Below are positions 17,800-28,772 of a stretch of 64,000 nucleotides of DNA, piece by piece; positions within the stretch are counted from its first letter, which is position 1; each line of letters starts with the position of its first letter. A model generated the notes under the pieces. That model searched no databases, had not been told where the DNA came from, and saw only the letters and a list, made by a program, of their open reading frames with translations. A program made the translations under genes and the position numbers. Origin of the DNA: Candidatus Pacearchaeota archaeon (GTDB taxonomy: Archaea > Nanobdellota > Nanobdellia > Pacearchaeales > GW2011-AR1); assembly GCA_016181895.1 (NCBI GenBank), contig JACOYL010000009.1:3346-67345 (forward strand). The letters are read 5' to 3'.

Positions 17800-19146
17800 G
17801 TGAAAAAAATGGAAGTTTTTAGCATTGGAGGTTACAGCGAAGTCGGAAAAAACATGACTGCTGTAAAAATCAAAGATGATGTTTTTCTTTTCGACTGCGG
17901 TTTGTACATTCCCGCCGTGATTGAGTTGCAGGAGGAAAAAATCCAGGATTACGGCGAAAGGCAATTGAGAGGCAAGCAGGCATTGCCCGATGATTTGATT
18001 CTTGACAAACTTGGATTGCGAAATAAAGTCAGGGCGATTTTTCTTTCTCATGGGCATCTAGACCATATTGGCGCCGTGCCTTTCATTGCATACAGATACA
18101 ACTGTCCGATTTTTGGCTCTCCATTCACTATTTCTGTTTTGAAACGGACAATGGAAGACGAAAAAAAAAGAATCCCAAACAAAATAATCACAATTGAGTC
18201 GGATTCATCTCATACGATAAATGGAAAATCCGGAGATTACGAGGTTGAATTGATTCACATGACTCATTCAATACCTCACACGACAATGATTGCCTTGCAT
18301 ACCAAAGAAGGAATTGTCGTCTATGGAAACGATTTCAAAATTGACAACACCCCTGTTTTGGAAAGTCCGCCGAATTACAACGCCTTGAAAAGAATTTCAA
18401 AACAAGGCATCAAGGTTGCAATTCTTGATTCTCTTTACTGCAGTTCCGAAACAAAAACACCGAGCGAGAATCTGGCGAGAAACATGGTTAAGGAAATTTT
18501 CTCCGGAATGCACGGAAGCAAAAATGCGATTTTTGTCTCGACTTTTTCCTCGCACATTGCAAGATTGAAAAGCATTGTTGAATTCGGAAAAAAACTCGAC
18601 AGGGAAATTTTCTTCATAGGTAGGAGTTTGAACAGATACACGCAGGCGTCAAACGACATCAATCTTTTCAGTTTCAAAAACCAAGTAAGAATTGTGACTT
18701 ACAAAAATCAGGTTGCCTCTGCATTGAAAAAAATAAGCAGTCAAAGAGACAAATTTCTTGTCATTTGCACAGGGCATCAGGGAGAACCGGGAAGCATTTT
18801 GGAAAGATTGTCGAGAAAAAAACTTCCGTTTGAATTTCGCAGGGGAGATAATCTTGTTTTTTCCTCGAAGACAATTCCGGTTCCAATCAACATTAAAAAC
18901 AAGGGGGAGATGGACAAGAGATTCAAGAAATACGGAGTCAGGATTTTCGACGAAGTTCATGTCTCGGGGCACGGAGGAAGGGAAGACATAAGAGAACTGA
19001 TTGAAACGCTGAATCCCGAGCATGTAATTCCTTCCCACGGCTCTTATCAGCAATTGCTTCCCATGAGGGAACTTGGAAAAGAACTCGGCTACAAAATGGA
19101 CAAGAATTTTCATCTGATGCAGGACGGGGAAAAAATAAGTATTTGA
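17800..19146 (+). CDS. rnj: Archaeal RNase J (beta-CASP)
   Basis: GGYSEVGKNMTA, SHGHLDH, HSIP, TGHQGEPGS, HVSGH, IPSHG. Confidence 0.95.
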   Translation: MKKMEVFSIGGYSEVGKNMTAVKIKDDVFLFDCGLYIPAVIELQEEKIQDYGERQLRGKQALPDDLILDKLGLRNKVRAIFLSHGHLDHIGAVPFIAYRYNCPIFGSPFTISVLKRTMEDEKKRIPNKIITIESDSSHTINGKSGDYEVELIHMTHSIPHTTMIALHTKEGIVVYGNDFKIDNTPVLESPPNYNALKRISKQGIKVAILDSLYCSSETKTPSENLARNMVKEIFSGMHGSKNAIFVSTFSSHIARLKSIVEFGKKLDREIFFIGRSLNRYTQASNDINLFSFKNQVRIVTYKNQVASALKKISSQRDKFLVICTGHQGEPGSILERLSRKKLPFEFRRGDNLVFSSKTIPVPINIKNKGEMDKRFKKYGVRIFDEVHVSGHGGREDIRELIETLNPEHVIPSHGSYQQLLPMRELGKELGYKMDKNFHLMQDGEKISI

Positions 19147-19180
19147 AAAGATTTATAAATATTAATTTACAGGAATTTTT

Positions 19181-19419
19181 ATGGAAAGAAAAATATTAAA
19201 ACAAGGGTTTGTCGATGGGCTAGAAAATTATTATCAAATATTAGCCCAAGCAAAGATTATCAAGAAAGGATAAAAGAAAGACTAAAGAAAAATTCTTTGG
19301 ATAACCTTGGTAACAGTAATTACCGTTGAGCTGTTTTTTCAGGGATGATTGCCGGAGCAACTTCAACAATAACACCATATCTTGTTTATACTAATTATGT
19401 GTTTAGTCAACTTAATTAA
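19181..19419 (+). pseudogene. Decayed small membrane-protein ORFan
   Basis: TATA-like TTTATAAA ~30 bp upstream; ATG 19181; reading continues after an apparent frameshift and one in-frame TGA into AVFSGMIAGATSTITPYLVY. Confidence 0.4.
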
Positions 19420-19485
19420 TATTTTTCTTATATTCTTTCAAAACCCCTAATTTTTTAAATTGCAAAATCTTTGATTTAAAGTAAA

Positions 19486-20028
19486 ATGGTGAAGGAAGAT
19501 ATCATTCGCGGTTTGGAAGGTGCGATGTCAAAGGGTGAAAGTTTGGAAAGGGCGATGTACAGTTTCTACAATGCGGGCTACAACAAATCAGATGTCGAAG
19601 CGGCTGCAAGGGCTTTGAGCATTCATCTTTCGCAGCAGGAATCTCTTATTCCCTCTAAACCTGAGGAGATAAAAGTTCCACCAATACCTATTTCAAAAAA
19701 ACCGGTTGAAATTCCTGTTTCCATAGAGATAAAACCTCCAGAACCGAAACCGGAACCCAAACCAATAAAAGTTGAAGAAATAATTCCGAAACCCGGCTTA
19801 AAACCCATAAATGAAAAACAAAAAGAAAAGCCAAGTTTTTTCACGCCGCAAAAGCCGAAAGTCGTTCAGCAAGTTTCCGCCTATGAAACAAGGGAAAAAA
19901 CAAGTTTAAGGACAATTCTCATAATCGTTCTTTTGATTGTTTTGATTGTTCTTCTCGGCATTTTGACAAGCATATTTATTTTCAGGGACACTCTTCTCAA
20001 TTTCTTTGACAACTTGATAGGAACATGA
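19486..20028 (+). CDS. Pro-rich protein with C-terminal membrane anchor
   Basis: N-terminal helical domain (...SFYNAGY...), P/K/E-rich linker, TM helix. Confidence 0.8.
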   Translation: MVKEDIIRGLEGAMSKGESLERAMYSFYNAGYNKSDVEAAARALSIHLSQQESLIPSKPEEIKVPPIPISKKPVEIPVSIEIKPPEPKPEPKPIKVEEIIPKPGLKPINEKQKEKPSFFTPQKPKVVQQVSAYETREKTSLRTILIIVLLIVLIVLLGILTSIFIFRDTLLNFFDNLIGT

Positions 20029-20558
20029 ATGAAATTTATATTCCAAGAGAAGACTCGTATTTGCTGACCAGGATTTTAAAAAAACAAATTCCGAAACTGA
20101 TCGCAGAAAATAAAAATCTGAAATCGCTTGAAGTTGGCTGCGGTTCTGGAATTCAATTGCTGACATTGAAGAGTTTGGGAATTAAAAATATTTTTGGCGT
20201 TGACATCAATAAAAAAGCAGTGGAACATTGCAAGAAACTTGGATTAAAATGCACTCATTCAAATTTGTTTCAAAATGTAAAAGGCAAATTTGATTTGATT
20301 ATTTTCAATCCACCATATCTTCCATTGGATTCAAGAGAGCCAAAGGATTCAAGAGTTGCAACAACCGGCGGAGAAAAAGGAAGCGAACTGACAAATAGGT
20401 TTTTGAAACAAGCTAAAAAACATCTTGCAAAAAACGGAATAATCTTTCTCGTTTCAAGTTCCTTGACAAAAGGAATAAATTTTCAGGGATTTAGGAAAAA
20501 AATCCTGGATTCCAAAAAATTATTCTTCGAGGAACTGAGAGTTTGGGAAATTTATTGA
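20025..20558 (+). CDS. HemK2/Mtq2-like protein glutamine methyltransferase
   Basis: IYIPREDSYLL, EVGCGSG, FNPPY. Confidence 0.9.
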   Translation: MNEIYIPREDSYLLTRILKKQIPKLIAENKNLKSLEVGCGSGIQLLTLKSLGIKNIFGVDINKKAVEHCKKLGLKCTHSNLFQNVKGKFDLIIFNPPYLPLDSREPKDSRVATTGGEKGSELTNRFLKQAKKHLAKNGIIFLVSSSLTKGINFQGFRKKILDSKKLFFEELRVWEIY

Positions 20559-20847
20559 GAGTTTCTTGTTAGAATTTCAAGAGCCCTTTTTGCACCTGCA
20601 TATCTTGGGTTAGAATAATTAACAATTGTCCTATCTATCTTGCCCCTATATATCCAAGACTATAATCTCTTCCTCTATATAAAAAATCATGGCGCCACAT
20701 TTCTTGTAATCTTGCAAATTCATTTGCATTCATTAGAATTTTCAATATTGTTATGGGGTTGGTTATACTCTCACATTTCCATCACACTTTTAAACTTTCC
20801 TTTTTCACCACAACTATATTTATATATTTCTTATTAAAATTATTTTT

Positions 20848-22014
20848 ATGGTGAAATTCGCGCATATGGCTGACGTTCATCTTGGAGGATGGAAGCAAAA
20901 GCCGATGCAGGAATTGAATTTCCAGTCGTTTCAGAAAGCCATTGACATTTCGATTCAGGAAAAAGTCGAGTTTCTTCTCATTGCAGGAGACTTGTTCGAT
21001 ACAGCCTATCCCTCGATAGAAATCCTCAAGGAAACATTTGCGGAATTCAAGAAATTGAAGGAATCTGGAACTCCATGTTTTTTGATTTCGGGAAGCCATG
21101 ACTATTCCGTTTCCGGAAAAACATTTCTCGATGTTCTCGAAAAATCCGGCTTCTGCAAAAACGTTTCTGTTTTTGAGGACGATGGCTCGGTTTTATTATT
21201 GAAGCCGACAAAATTCAGAGACGTTGTTTTCTACGGCTATCCCGGAAAAAAAACCGGGCTTGACGTCGGAGATTTGAAAAGATTAAAACTCGAACATTCA
21301 GACGGAAAATTCAAAATCCTAATGCTTCACACGACAATTGACAAGGCTGTTGAAACTCTTGGAAACCTGCCGATTGATTACATAAAAGCGGATTCGCTGC
21401 CTGAAACAGATTACTGTGCATTAGGGCACATTCACATTTTGCTTAAATACAAAAGCTTTGTTTATCCCGGTCCTGTTTTTCCGAACAATTTCGCAGAACT
21501 CGAAAATTTGAAGCACGGGCATTTTTGCATTTATGATTCCAATTCGGAAGTTCCATTGAGAAGAATTGAGCTGAAAATAAAACAAACAGAAAGAATTGAA
21601 ATCAAAATCAACAATTCTTCCGAAGCCACCGAGAAAATAATTTCCGAACTGAACAAAAGAAACGTTTATGACAAAATAATTTTATTGAGGATTTCAGGGG
21701 AAATTGAAAGTCCGCAAAACCAGATAAAATTTTTTCAAATAGAGGAATTTGCAAAAAGAAAAGGTGTTTATTTTCTGCTGAAAAACACCCACAACCTTAA
21801 AACAAAAGAAATTGAAATGGAATTGGAAATAGAAAAATCCGAGAATGTCGAGGAGGAAACGATAAAACTTTATTCCTCTCAAAATCCCTCTGCTTTTGAT
21901 TCTTTTATTCCTCAATTGATGAATTCACTTGCTATAGAAAAGCAGGAAGGGGAAACTTCCGAAACTTTCTCATCAAGAATTTTGGACGAATCAAGAAAAA
22001 TATTAAGGTTTTGA
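20848..22014 (+). CDS. mre11: Mre11-like DNA repair nuclease
   Basis: ADVHLG, AGDLFD, GSHD, ALGHIH. Confidence 0.9.
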   Translation: MVKFAHMADVHLGGWKQKPMQELNFQSFQKAIDISIQEKVEFLLIAGDLFDTAYPSIEILKETFAEFKKLKESGTPCFLISGSHDYSVSGKTFLDVLEKSGFCKNVSVFEDDGSVLLLKPTKFRDVVFYGYPGKKTGLDVGDLKRLKLEHSDGKFKILMLHTTIDKAVETLGNLPIDYIKADSLPETDYCALGHIHILLKYKSFVYPGPVFPNNFAELENLKHGHFCIYDSNSEVPLRRIELKIKQTERIEIKINNSSEATEKIISELNKRNVYDKIILLRISGEIESPQNQIKFFQIEEFAKRKGVYFLLKNTHNLKTKEIEMELEIEKSENVEEETIKLYSSQNPSAFDSFIPQLMNSLAIEKQEGETSETFSSRILDESRKILRF

Positions 22015-22017
22015 AAA

Positions 22018-23211
22018 ATGAAAAAAATATTGATTGTCGGAACAGGTGGCAGAGAGCATGCATTAGGCTGGAATCTTTCAAAAGACAGAGATTCTAAAAT
22101 TCTTTATGTTGCTCCGGAAAAAACTTCAAGAGAGGTTGCGGAACTGATAAAAAAAGAAAAAATTGAATTGACTATTATTGGTCCAGAGGAACCCTTGGAA
22201 AGAGGAATGGTTGATTTTTTGAACATGAACGGGATTCAAAATGTTTTCGGACCAACCAAGGAAATGACAAAACTTGAATCTGACAAATTTTATTCTTACG
22301 ATTTGATGGAAGAACTTGGAATTCCGCAGGCGCGTTCTGTAAAGTGTTTTCATCTTTTTGATATTAAAAAAGCGATTAAGATGTTTGAAAAGCCTGTTCT
22401 GAAATACAGGGGGCTTGCAGGAGGAAAAGGGGTAAAAGTTTGCAATTCCCAAAAAGAAGCCATGGAGGATTTGAATTTATTTTTAAGAAAATTTGGCAAG
22501 GATATACTTGTTGCTGAAAGATTATATGGAAAGGAATTTTCTGTTTTTGGAATTGCCGATGGAAAAAATGTTTTGCCCTTTAAAGTTGCCTTCCAGGATT
22601 ACAAAAGACTGAATGACGGAGACATTGGTCCAAATACAGGAGGCATGGGTGCTTACGGGCCGGTACAATTTGTTTCAAAGAAATTACTGAAAAAAATAAA
22701 TGAAGAAATAATGATTCCGGTTGTAAGAAGAACAAATTACAGGGGTTTTCTTTATGTCGGAATGATTCTGACAGAAGATGGTCCAAAGGTTATAGAATTT
22801 AATGCAAGATTTGGAGATCCTGAGGCGCAACCGGCGATGATGTTGCTTAAAGACAGTTTATATGTTCCATTAAAGCTTTCTTTGGAAGGAAAAGTTTTGG
22901 AATCATCATTGGATTTGAAGGATGGCGCTTCATGTTGTGTTGTCCTTGCATTAAAAGGTTACCCTGAAAATTATGAAATTGGATTGCCTATTTCTGGGAT
23001 TGAAGAAGCGGAAAAAATTGAAGGAATAAAGGTCTTTCATGCCGGAACAAAATTTGAAAACGGCTCATGGAAAACCAATGGCGGAAGAGTCTTGGATGTA
23101 ACAAGTTATTCTCGCGGACTGCCCCAAGCCAGAGACTTGGCGTATCAAGCCGCCTCAAAAATAAATATTCCCGGAGGATTTCACCATAGGAAAGACATAG
23201 CCTTATTTTGA
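22018..23211 (+). CDS. purD: Phosphoribosylamine-glycine ligase
   Basis: GTGGREHAL, GLAGGKGV, QDYKR..DGD.GPNTGGMGAY, EFNARFGDPE, FHAGT, GGRVL. Confidence 0.95.
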   Translation: MKKILIVGTGGREHALGWNLSKDRDSKILYVAPEKTSREVAELIKKEKIELTIIGPEEPLERGMVDFLNMNGIQNVFGPTKEMTKLESDKFYSYDLMEELGIPQARSVKCFHLFDIKKAIKMFEKPVLKYRGLAGGKGVKVCNSQKEAMEDLNLFLRKFGKDILVAERLYGKEFSVFGIADGKNVLPFKVAFQDYKRLNDGDIGPNTGGMGAYGPVQFVSKKLLKKINEEIMIPVVRRTNYRGFLYVGMILTEDGPKVIEFNARFGDPEAQPAMMLLKDSLYVPLKLSLEGKVLESSLDLKDGASCCVVLALKGYPENYEIGLPISGIEEAEKIEGIKVFHAGTKFENGSWKTNGGRVLDVTSYSRGLPQARDLAYQAASKINIPGGFHHRKDIALF

Positions 23212-23220
23212 AAATTTAAA

Positions 23221-25266
23221 ATGAAACTGAAAAAAATTATTTTGGAAAACATAAGAAGTTACAAGAATCAGGAAGTGGAATTCCCGGAAGGCTCGATTTT
23301 GCTTTCGGGAGACATCGGCTCCGGGAAAACTTCCATTCTTCTTGGAATAGAATTCGCACTGTTCGGTTTGCAGCCGGGACAAAAAGGCTCTTCTTTGCTT
23401 AGAAACGGGGAAAACAAAGGTTCCGTGGTTTTGGAATTTGAAATCGACGACAAAAACATTCTGATAGAAAGGACTTTGAAAAGAGGAAAATCAATTTCCC
23501 AGGAAGACTGTTCAATAACAATCAACCATGAGAAAAAGGAAATATCTGTCATGGAACTGAAAAGCCGCGTCCTTGAACTTTTGAATTATCCCAAGGAATT
23601 TTCCAAGAAACAAAATCTTCTTTACAAATTCACGGTTTACACGCCGCAGGAGGAAATGAAGGAAATAATTTTGCAGGATTCCGAGATGAGAGTCAACACG
23701 TTGAGGCACATTTTCGGGATTGACAAGTACAAGAAAATATTGGAGAATGCCTCTGTTTTGGCTTCAAAAATAAGGGAGGAAAAAAGGATTAAGGAAAATC
23801 TTGTCCTGGATTTGGAGCAGGATAAACTGGAACTTGTTTCAAAAGAAAACGAACTTGAATCAAAGCATTACAATCTTGCTTCTGTTGAAAAGGAATTTTT
23901 TTTGAAAGCAGAGGAAAGAAAAAAAATTCAGGAGGAAAAAGACCTGATTCAGGAAAAAATCAACGAGAAATCAAAAATCCAAGGAGAGGTGGAAAAAACA
24001 AAAATAATGATTTCAAACAAGGAAGATTTGATTTCAGGAAACGAGAAAACTACAAAACAGTTGTCTTTGCAGATTAAGGAATCGGAAGACGCAAGGTTTG
24101 ACGAAACAGAGATTTTGAAACTTGAGGAGGAATTAAAAACGACAAAAAGGCAGAAAACAGATTTGAATGATTTATTCATCAAGATTTCAGCAGAAATAAA
24201 TTCCCTCAATTCAAAAAACCAGGAAAACGCCGAGGTAAAAGCAAGGATAGGCAGCGTCGATGTCTGTCCGACATGTCTTCAGGAAGTCAATGTTCTCTAC
24301 AAGAACAACATCCTTGCCAAAATAAATCTCGGCATTTTGGAAAACCTGAAAAAAATCGAGGCTTTGAATTCGGAAAAAAGAAACGCGCAAATACATCTTT
24401 CGGAGATTGACATGCAAATCGATTTTACAGAGAAAAAAATCCAGGATTGCAACATTGTTAAAATAAAACTTCAAAACATAAACGAAAAAAAATCAAGGAT
24501 TGAGGAATTGAAAAACAGCAACTTTCTCATTCAAAAGGAAATAAAAGATTTGCAGGCAAAAATATCCTCTTTGGAAAAATTGCTTGAAACATTGGAAAAA
24601 TTCGATTCTTTGCATGAAGAAAAGCAAAAGGCGTTTGACATTGCCATGAAACAAGAGAGACTTGCGGAAATAAAAACGGCTGAATTAAAAAAAGAAATTG
24701 AATTTTTCAACAGGCAAATCGAGGAACTGAAGGAAAAAATAAAGAAAACGGCGGAAATAAAAAGGCAGCTGAATTATCTTGCCGAGGTTGAATCTTGGAT
24801 TTCCAAGAATTTTTCTGTTTTGATTTCTGCAATAGAAAGAAACGTGATGATAAAATTGAAAAAGCAATTTTCCGAGTTGTTTTCGGAATGGTTTTCAATG
24901 CTTGTCTCCGAGTCATTCAATGTAAGGCTCGACGACAATTTCACTCCAGTAATTGAGCAGCAGGATTATGAGTTGGATTATTCATATCTCTCGGGAGGAG
25001 AACGCACCGCGGTTGCTTTGGCGTATCGTCTGGCTCTTAATCAAGTCATTAATTCCCTTCTGAGCAAGATAAAGACGAAAGACATCGTTGTTCTCGATGA
25101 ACCCACTGATGGATTTTCAAGCCAGCAACTGGACAAGCTGCGCGACGTTCTTGCGCAATTGAATGTAAAGCAACTTATCATCGTAAGCCACGAGCAGAAA
25201 ATCGAGAGCTTTGTGGAAAACGTGATACGATTCAAGAAAGTGAATGGAATTTCTGTCAAAGAGTAA
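23221..25266 (+). CDS. rad50: Rad50-like SMC ATPase
   Basis: Walker A GDIGSGKT, Zn hook CPTC, LSGGE, LDEPT, IVSH. Confidence 0.92.
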   Translation: MKLKKIILENIRSYKNQEVEFPEGSILLSGDIGSGKTSILLGIEFALFGLQPGQKGSSLLRNGENKGSVVLEFEIDDKNILIERTLKRGKSISQEDCSITINHEKKEISVMELKSRVLELLNYPKEFSKKQNLLYKFTVYTPQEEMKEIILQDSEMRVNTLRHIFGIDKYKKILENASVLASKIREEKRIKENLVLDLEQDKLELVSKENELESKHYNLASVEKEFFLKAEERKKIQEEKDLIQEKINEKSKIQGEVEKTKIMISNKEDLISGNEKTTKQLSLQIKESEDARFDETEILKLEEELKTTKRQKTDLNDLFIKISAEINSLNSKNQENAEVKARIGSVDVCPTCLQEVNVLYKNNILAKINLGILENLKKIEALNSEKRNAQIHLSEIDMQIDFTEKKIQDCNIVKIKLQNINEKKSRIEELKNSNFLIQKEIKDLQAKISSLEKLLETLEKFDSLHEEKQKAFDIAMKQERLAEIKTAELKKEIEFFNRQIEELKEKIKKTAEIKRQLNYLAEVESWISKNFSVLISAIERNVMIKLKKQFSELFSEWFSMLVSESFNVRLDDNFTPVIEQQDYELDYSYLSGGERTAVALAYRLALNQVINSLLSKIKTKDIVVLDEPTDGFSSQQLDKLRDVLAQLNVKQLIIVSHEQKIESFVENVIRFKKVNGISVKE

Positions 25267-25296
25267 ATTTATATATTATCATCTGCCGAGAAAATA

Positions 25297-25698
25297 ATGG
25301 AATTGGAAAGAGTAGAAATGTTAAAATATGTCAATTATGAATTTGAAAACATTTTAAGACTTTACGAAGATTACAGGAACCTTATATCTGAATTGGCGAA
25401 ACAAAAAATGATTCCGTCGCCGCTTGGAAAATTTATCAAGGCTAACTTGTTTTTTGGGCTGAACGGTTCTCCAGCCGCGGATTTTTACTGCAAGTTTGGT
25501 TATCGTTACGGTTCTGAAATGGATTTGCAAAATGATGCGTTGATTTTTCCATTGAGGAGGGTTTTGTTTCATAGTACACAATCTGTCGGAAACGGCTCCA
25601 TAAATCCGATATACAAATTATTCCGCGATTTCTCGGATGCGAAAAAATACAGGCTTCAATACAAGAACGATTTGTCAAATCCATTTTCAGTTCCCTGA
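25297..25698 (+). CDS. Hypothetical protein
   Basis: 133-aa ORF. Confidence 0.55.
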   Translation: MELERVEMLKYVNYEFENILRLYEDYRNLISELAKQKMIPSPLGKFIKANLFFGLNGSPAADFYCKFGYRYGSEMDLQNDALIFPLRRVLFHSTQSVGNGSINPIYKLFRDFSDAKKYRLQYKNDLSNPFSVP

Positions 25699-25790
25699 AA
25701 CTGAAAAACAAAACATTTATAAAATATCATTTTATTGATAAATCATTCTAGAAATTTATTCTAAATTATTTACAAGACAAAGCAAACAAA

Positions 25791-26453
25791 ATGGACGCTG
25801 AATTAAAAAACTCGATTTTGAAGACGGGAACGACAATCCTTGGAATTGTCTGCAAAGACGGGATTGTGATGGCTGCTGACAAACAGAGTACTGCAGGAAA
25901 TATTGTTATGAACAAGGATTCTGAAAAAATTAAAATAATTAATGAGTATCTTGCCTTTGCTGGAACAGGGATGGTTGCAGACATCCAAAGGGCAATAAAA
26001 ATCGCTGCAGCAGAATTAAGACTTAAAGAACTTAGGGCAAGGTCAAGACCTTCTGTTGTAAATGGCGCAAGTTTAGTTGCCTCTTTAATTTATAATTCAG
26101 TTAGGCAACCTGCAATGATTCAATTTATGGTTGGTAGTTTGGTTGGAGGTGTAAATGAAGACGGCTCAACAGAATTATATTCTATAGACCCTGTTGGAGG
26201 CATAAAGCAAATTAAAGATTATGATGCTAATTTTGGTTCAGGTATGCCTTATGTTCTGGGACTTTTGGAAAGACAATATAAAAAAGGAATGTCTATTGAA
26301 GATGGAGTTAAATTGGCCGTTGAGTCAATAAAATCTTCGACACAAAGAGATACCGGAAGCGGACATGGTATTGATGTTTATACCCTTACAAAAGACGGAA
26401 TAAAAAAAGTAATTGACCAGGATATAATTCCAGAGTACAAAGACAGCAAGTGA
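25791..26453 (+). CDS. psmB: Proteasome subunit beta
   Basis: KTG|TTILG catalytic Thr, MAADK, GSG, RDTGSG. Confidence 0.97.
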   Translation: MDAELKNSILKTGTTILGIVCKDGIVMAADKQSTAGNIVMNKDSEKIKIINEYLAFAGTGMVADIQRAIKIAAAELRLKELRARSRPSVVNGASLVASLIYNSVRQPAMIQFMVGSLVGGVNEDGSTELYSIDPVGGIKQIKDYDANFGSGMPYVLGLLERQYKKGMSIEDGVKLAVESIKSSTQRDTGSGHGIDVYTLTKDGIKKVIDQDIIPEYKDSK

Positions 26454-26599
26454 TTTATTTTAATTTTAAATAATTTAAGAGGACAAATCTAAATACAAAG
26501 CGAGATATTAATGAATATTTCATTTAAACTTACTAATTTGCAGAATGATTAATTTTATGTTAACTAAATAAAGCGAGCCGAAAGGCAGCACATTTTTCA

Positions 26600-28486
26600 A
26601 TGGACATCTTAAAGACAATAACAGAAAGGTTTGAGAAAAAAATAAAAGAAGCGAGCTTCGAAGGCGCGAACATTGTTCTCTATACGGACAACGAGAGGTT
26701 TTTCATTGAAGGGGAACCGGAGATAAAAAAAATCGTCAACGAGATAAAAAAAAGAATTGAACTTCGTGCCGATGAAAGCATTCTTCACTCTCAGGATGCG
26801 GCGGAAAAGGAAATAAGAAAAATCGTTCCCGATGAGGCTGAAATAACAAACATAATTTTCGAGTCTCAAAGAAGCATTGTTATAATTGAAGCAAAAAAAC
26901 CAGGATTGGTAATTGGAAAACAGGGAAGCATTTTGGACGAAATAAAAAAAACAACTCTTTGGAATCCGCAGGTTCAGAGAAGCCCGGGCATAAAAAGCAA
27001 GATTGTCGAGAATATAAGGGAAGTTTTGTATGCAAACAACAACTACAGGAGAAAATTCCTGAACTCAATCGGGAAAAAAATTTACAACGAGTGGAATCCG
27101 GAAAAAACAGATGAATGGGTCAGGCTTACTTTTCTTGGAAGCGCGAGGCAGGTTGGAAGAAGCTGCCTGCTTTTGCAGACGCCGAATTCAAAAATTCTTC
27201 TTGACTGCGGGATTGATGTCTCGGCCCAAGGCGAGGACAAGTTCCCGTATTTCAACATTCCCGAATTTGATCTAAACCAATTGGATGCGATAATTTTGAG
27301 CCACGCCCACATTGATCACTCGGGATTTGTTCCTTATCTTTACAAGATGGGATACAAAGGCCCGATATACATGACAGCTCCTACAAGAGACATATCTGCT
27401 TTGCTCGCATTGGATTTCATAGGCGTTGCATACAAACAGGCTGAGAAACCTCTTTTCAGTTCCTCAGACATAAGCGAAATGGTGAAGCACAGCATCTGCA
27501 TCAATTACAACGAAGTTACCGACGTGACTCCGGACATAAGACTGACTTTCTACAATGCGGGGCATGTTCTCGGAAGCGCGATGGCGCATTTGAACATTGG
27601 AAACGGCTCGCACAATTTGCTTTATACCGGAGACTACAAATACGGAAGAACAAGGCTTCTGGATCCTGCTATTACAAATTTCCCAAGGCTTGAATCGGTT
27701 ATAACAGAATCAACATACGGCGCAAAGACAGATGTTCTTCCTCCAAGAATAGAGGCAGAGGAAAAATTGATTGAATTAATCAACAAGACAATTGAAAGGG
27801 GCGGTAAAGTTTTGATTCCAGAGCTTGGGCTCGGTCGTGCTCAAGAGACAATGATGATTGTCGAGGATGCAATAAAAACAGGAAAGATGAAAAAAATTCC
27901 TGTTTATATCGACGGAATGATTTGGGACATCAATGCAATTCACACGGCTTATCCTGATTTTTTGAGCAACAGTTTGAAATCATTGACATTCGCGGATAAA
28001 AACCCATTTGTTTCAGAGATTTTTTCCCGTGTCGGTTCTGTTTTGGAAAGAAAAAAAGTTTATGAAGGAGGTCCCTGCCTTGTTCTCGCGACTTCTGGAA
28101 TGCTTACCGGTGGAGCTTCGGTTGAATATCTCCGCGAGTTTGCATCTTCGCCAAAAAATTCTCTTATTTTTGTTTGTTATCAAGGCCATGGTTCATTGGG
28201 AAGGCAGATTCAGGACGGATTGAAGGAAACAAAAATGATTGTCGAAGGAAAAGAGGAATTTGTGAAAATAAATCTCGAAGTCCACAATACTGTCTATGGA
28301 TTGACGGCGCACGCGGGAAGAAATGAAATCATGTCTTTCTTCTCAAGGATTTCGCCGAAGCCGAAAAGAATAATAATAAATCACGGAGAAGTTTCAAAAT
28401 CTCTCGACCTTGCTTCTTCATTGTACAAACTGCACAGGATTGAAACAAATGTTCCTAGGATTTTGGAAACTTTGAAGTTGAGATAA
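26600..28486 (+). CDS. aCPSF1/FttA beta-CASP ribonuclease with KH domains
   Basis: KPGLVIGKQG, QVGRSC, SHAHIDH, AGHVLGS, ESTYG, HAG, NHGE; adjacent to psmB. Confidence 0.95.
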   Translation: MDILKTITERFEKKIKEASFEGANIVLYTDNERFFIEGEPEIKKIVNEIKKRIELRADESILHSQDAAEKEIRKIVPDEAEITNIIFESQRSIVIIEAKKPGLVIGKQGSILDEIKKTTLWNPQVQRSPGIKSKIVENIREVLYANNNYRRKFLNSIGKKIYNEWNPEKTDEWVRLTFLGSARQVGRSCLLLQTPNSKILLDCGIDVSAQGEDKFPYFNIPEFDLNQLDAIILSHAHIDHSGFVPYLYKMGYKGPIYMTAPTRDISALLALDFIGVAYKQAEKPLFSSSDISEMVKHSICINYNEVTDVTPDIRLTFYNAGHVLGSAMAHLNIGNGSHNLLYTGDYKYGRTRLLDPAITNFPRLESVITESTYGAKTDVLPPRIEAEEKLIELINKTIERGGKVLIPELGLGRAQETMMIVEDAIKTGKMKKIPVYIDGMIWDINAIHTAYPDFLSNSLKSLTFADKNPFVSEIFSRVGSVLERKKVYEGGPCLVLATSGMLTGGASVEYLREFASSPKNSLIFVCYQGHGSLGRQIQDGLKETKMIVEGKEEFVKINLEVHNTVYGLTAHAGRNEIMSFFSRISPKPKRIIINHGEVSKSLDLASSLYKLHRIETNVPRILETLKLR

Positions 28487-28519
28487 AAACTTTAAAAACT
28501 TCTTTTCCATTTTTCACTT

Positions 28520-28714
28520 ATGAAAAGATATGTCAGGAAAATTCTTAACACTCTCTTAATTGCCTTTGCAATCGTCGCCTTCTGGCGCGGAATTTGGGGT
28601 TTGATGGATTTGTACCTGTTTCCGAATTATGAAATTTTGAGTTATTTTGTTTCAATTTTAATCGGAATAGTGATACTTTATTACACTGAAAATCTTTTGG
28701 AGGGTTTGATATGA
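28520..28714 (+). CDS. Small two-TM membrane protein
   Basis: FWRGIWGLMDLYLFP between two hydrophobic helices. Confidence 0.7.
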   Translation: MKRYVRKILNTLLIAFAIVAFWRGIWGLMDLYLFPNYEILSYFVSILIGIVILYYTENLLEGLI

Positions 28715-28772
28715 TTTCATTAATAGTTGAGGGATTCACAATATTAGGGAAAAGTTCGCGGAGGTTTTTACT

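Noticed and set aside
25870..26430. psmB interior looks more A/T-ending than its neighbours (possible allele replacement)
   Set aside because: Visual impression only; needs a codon-usage computation.
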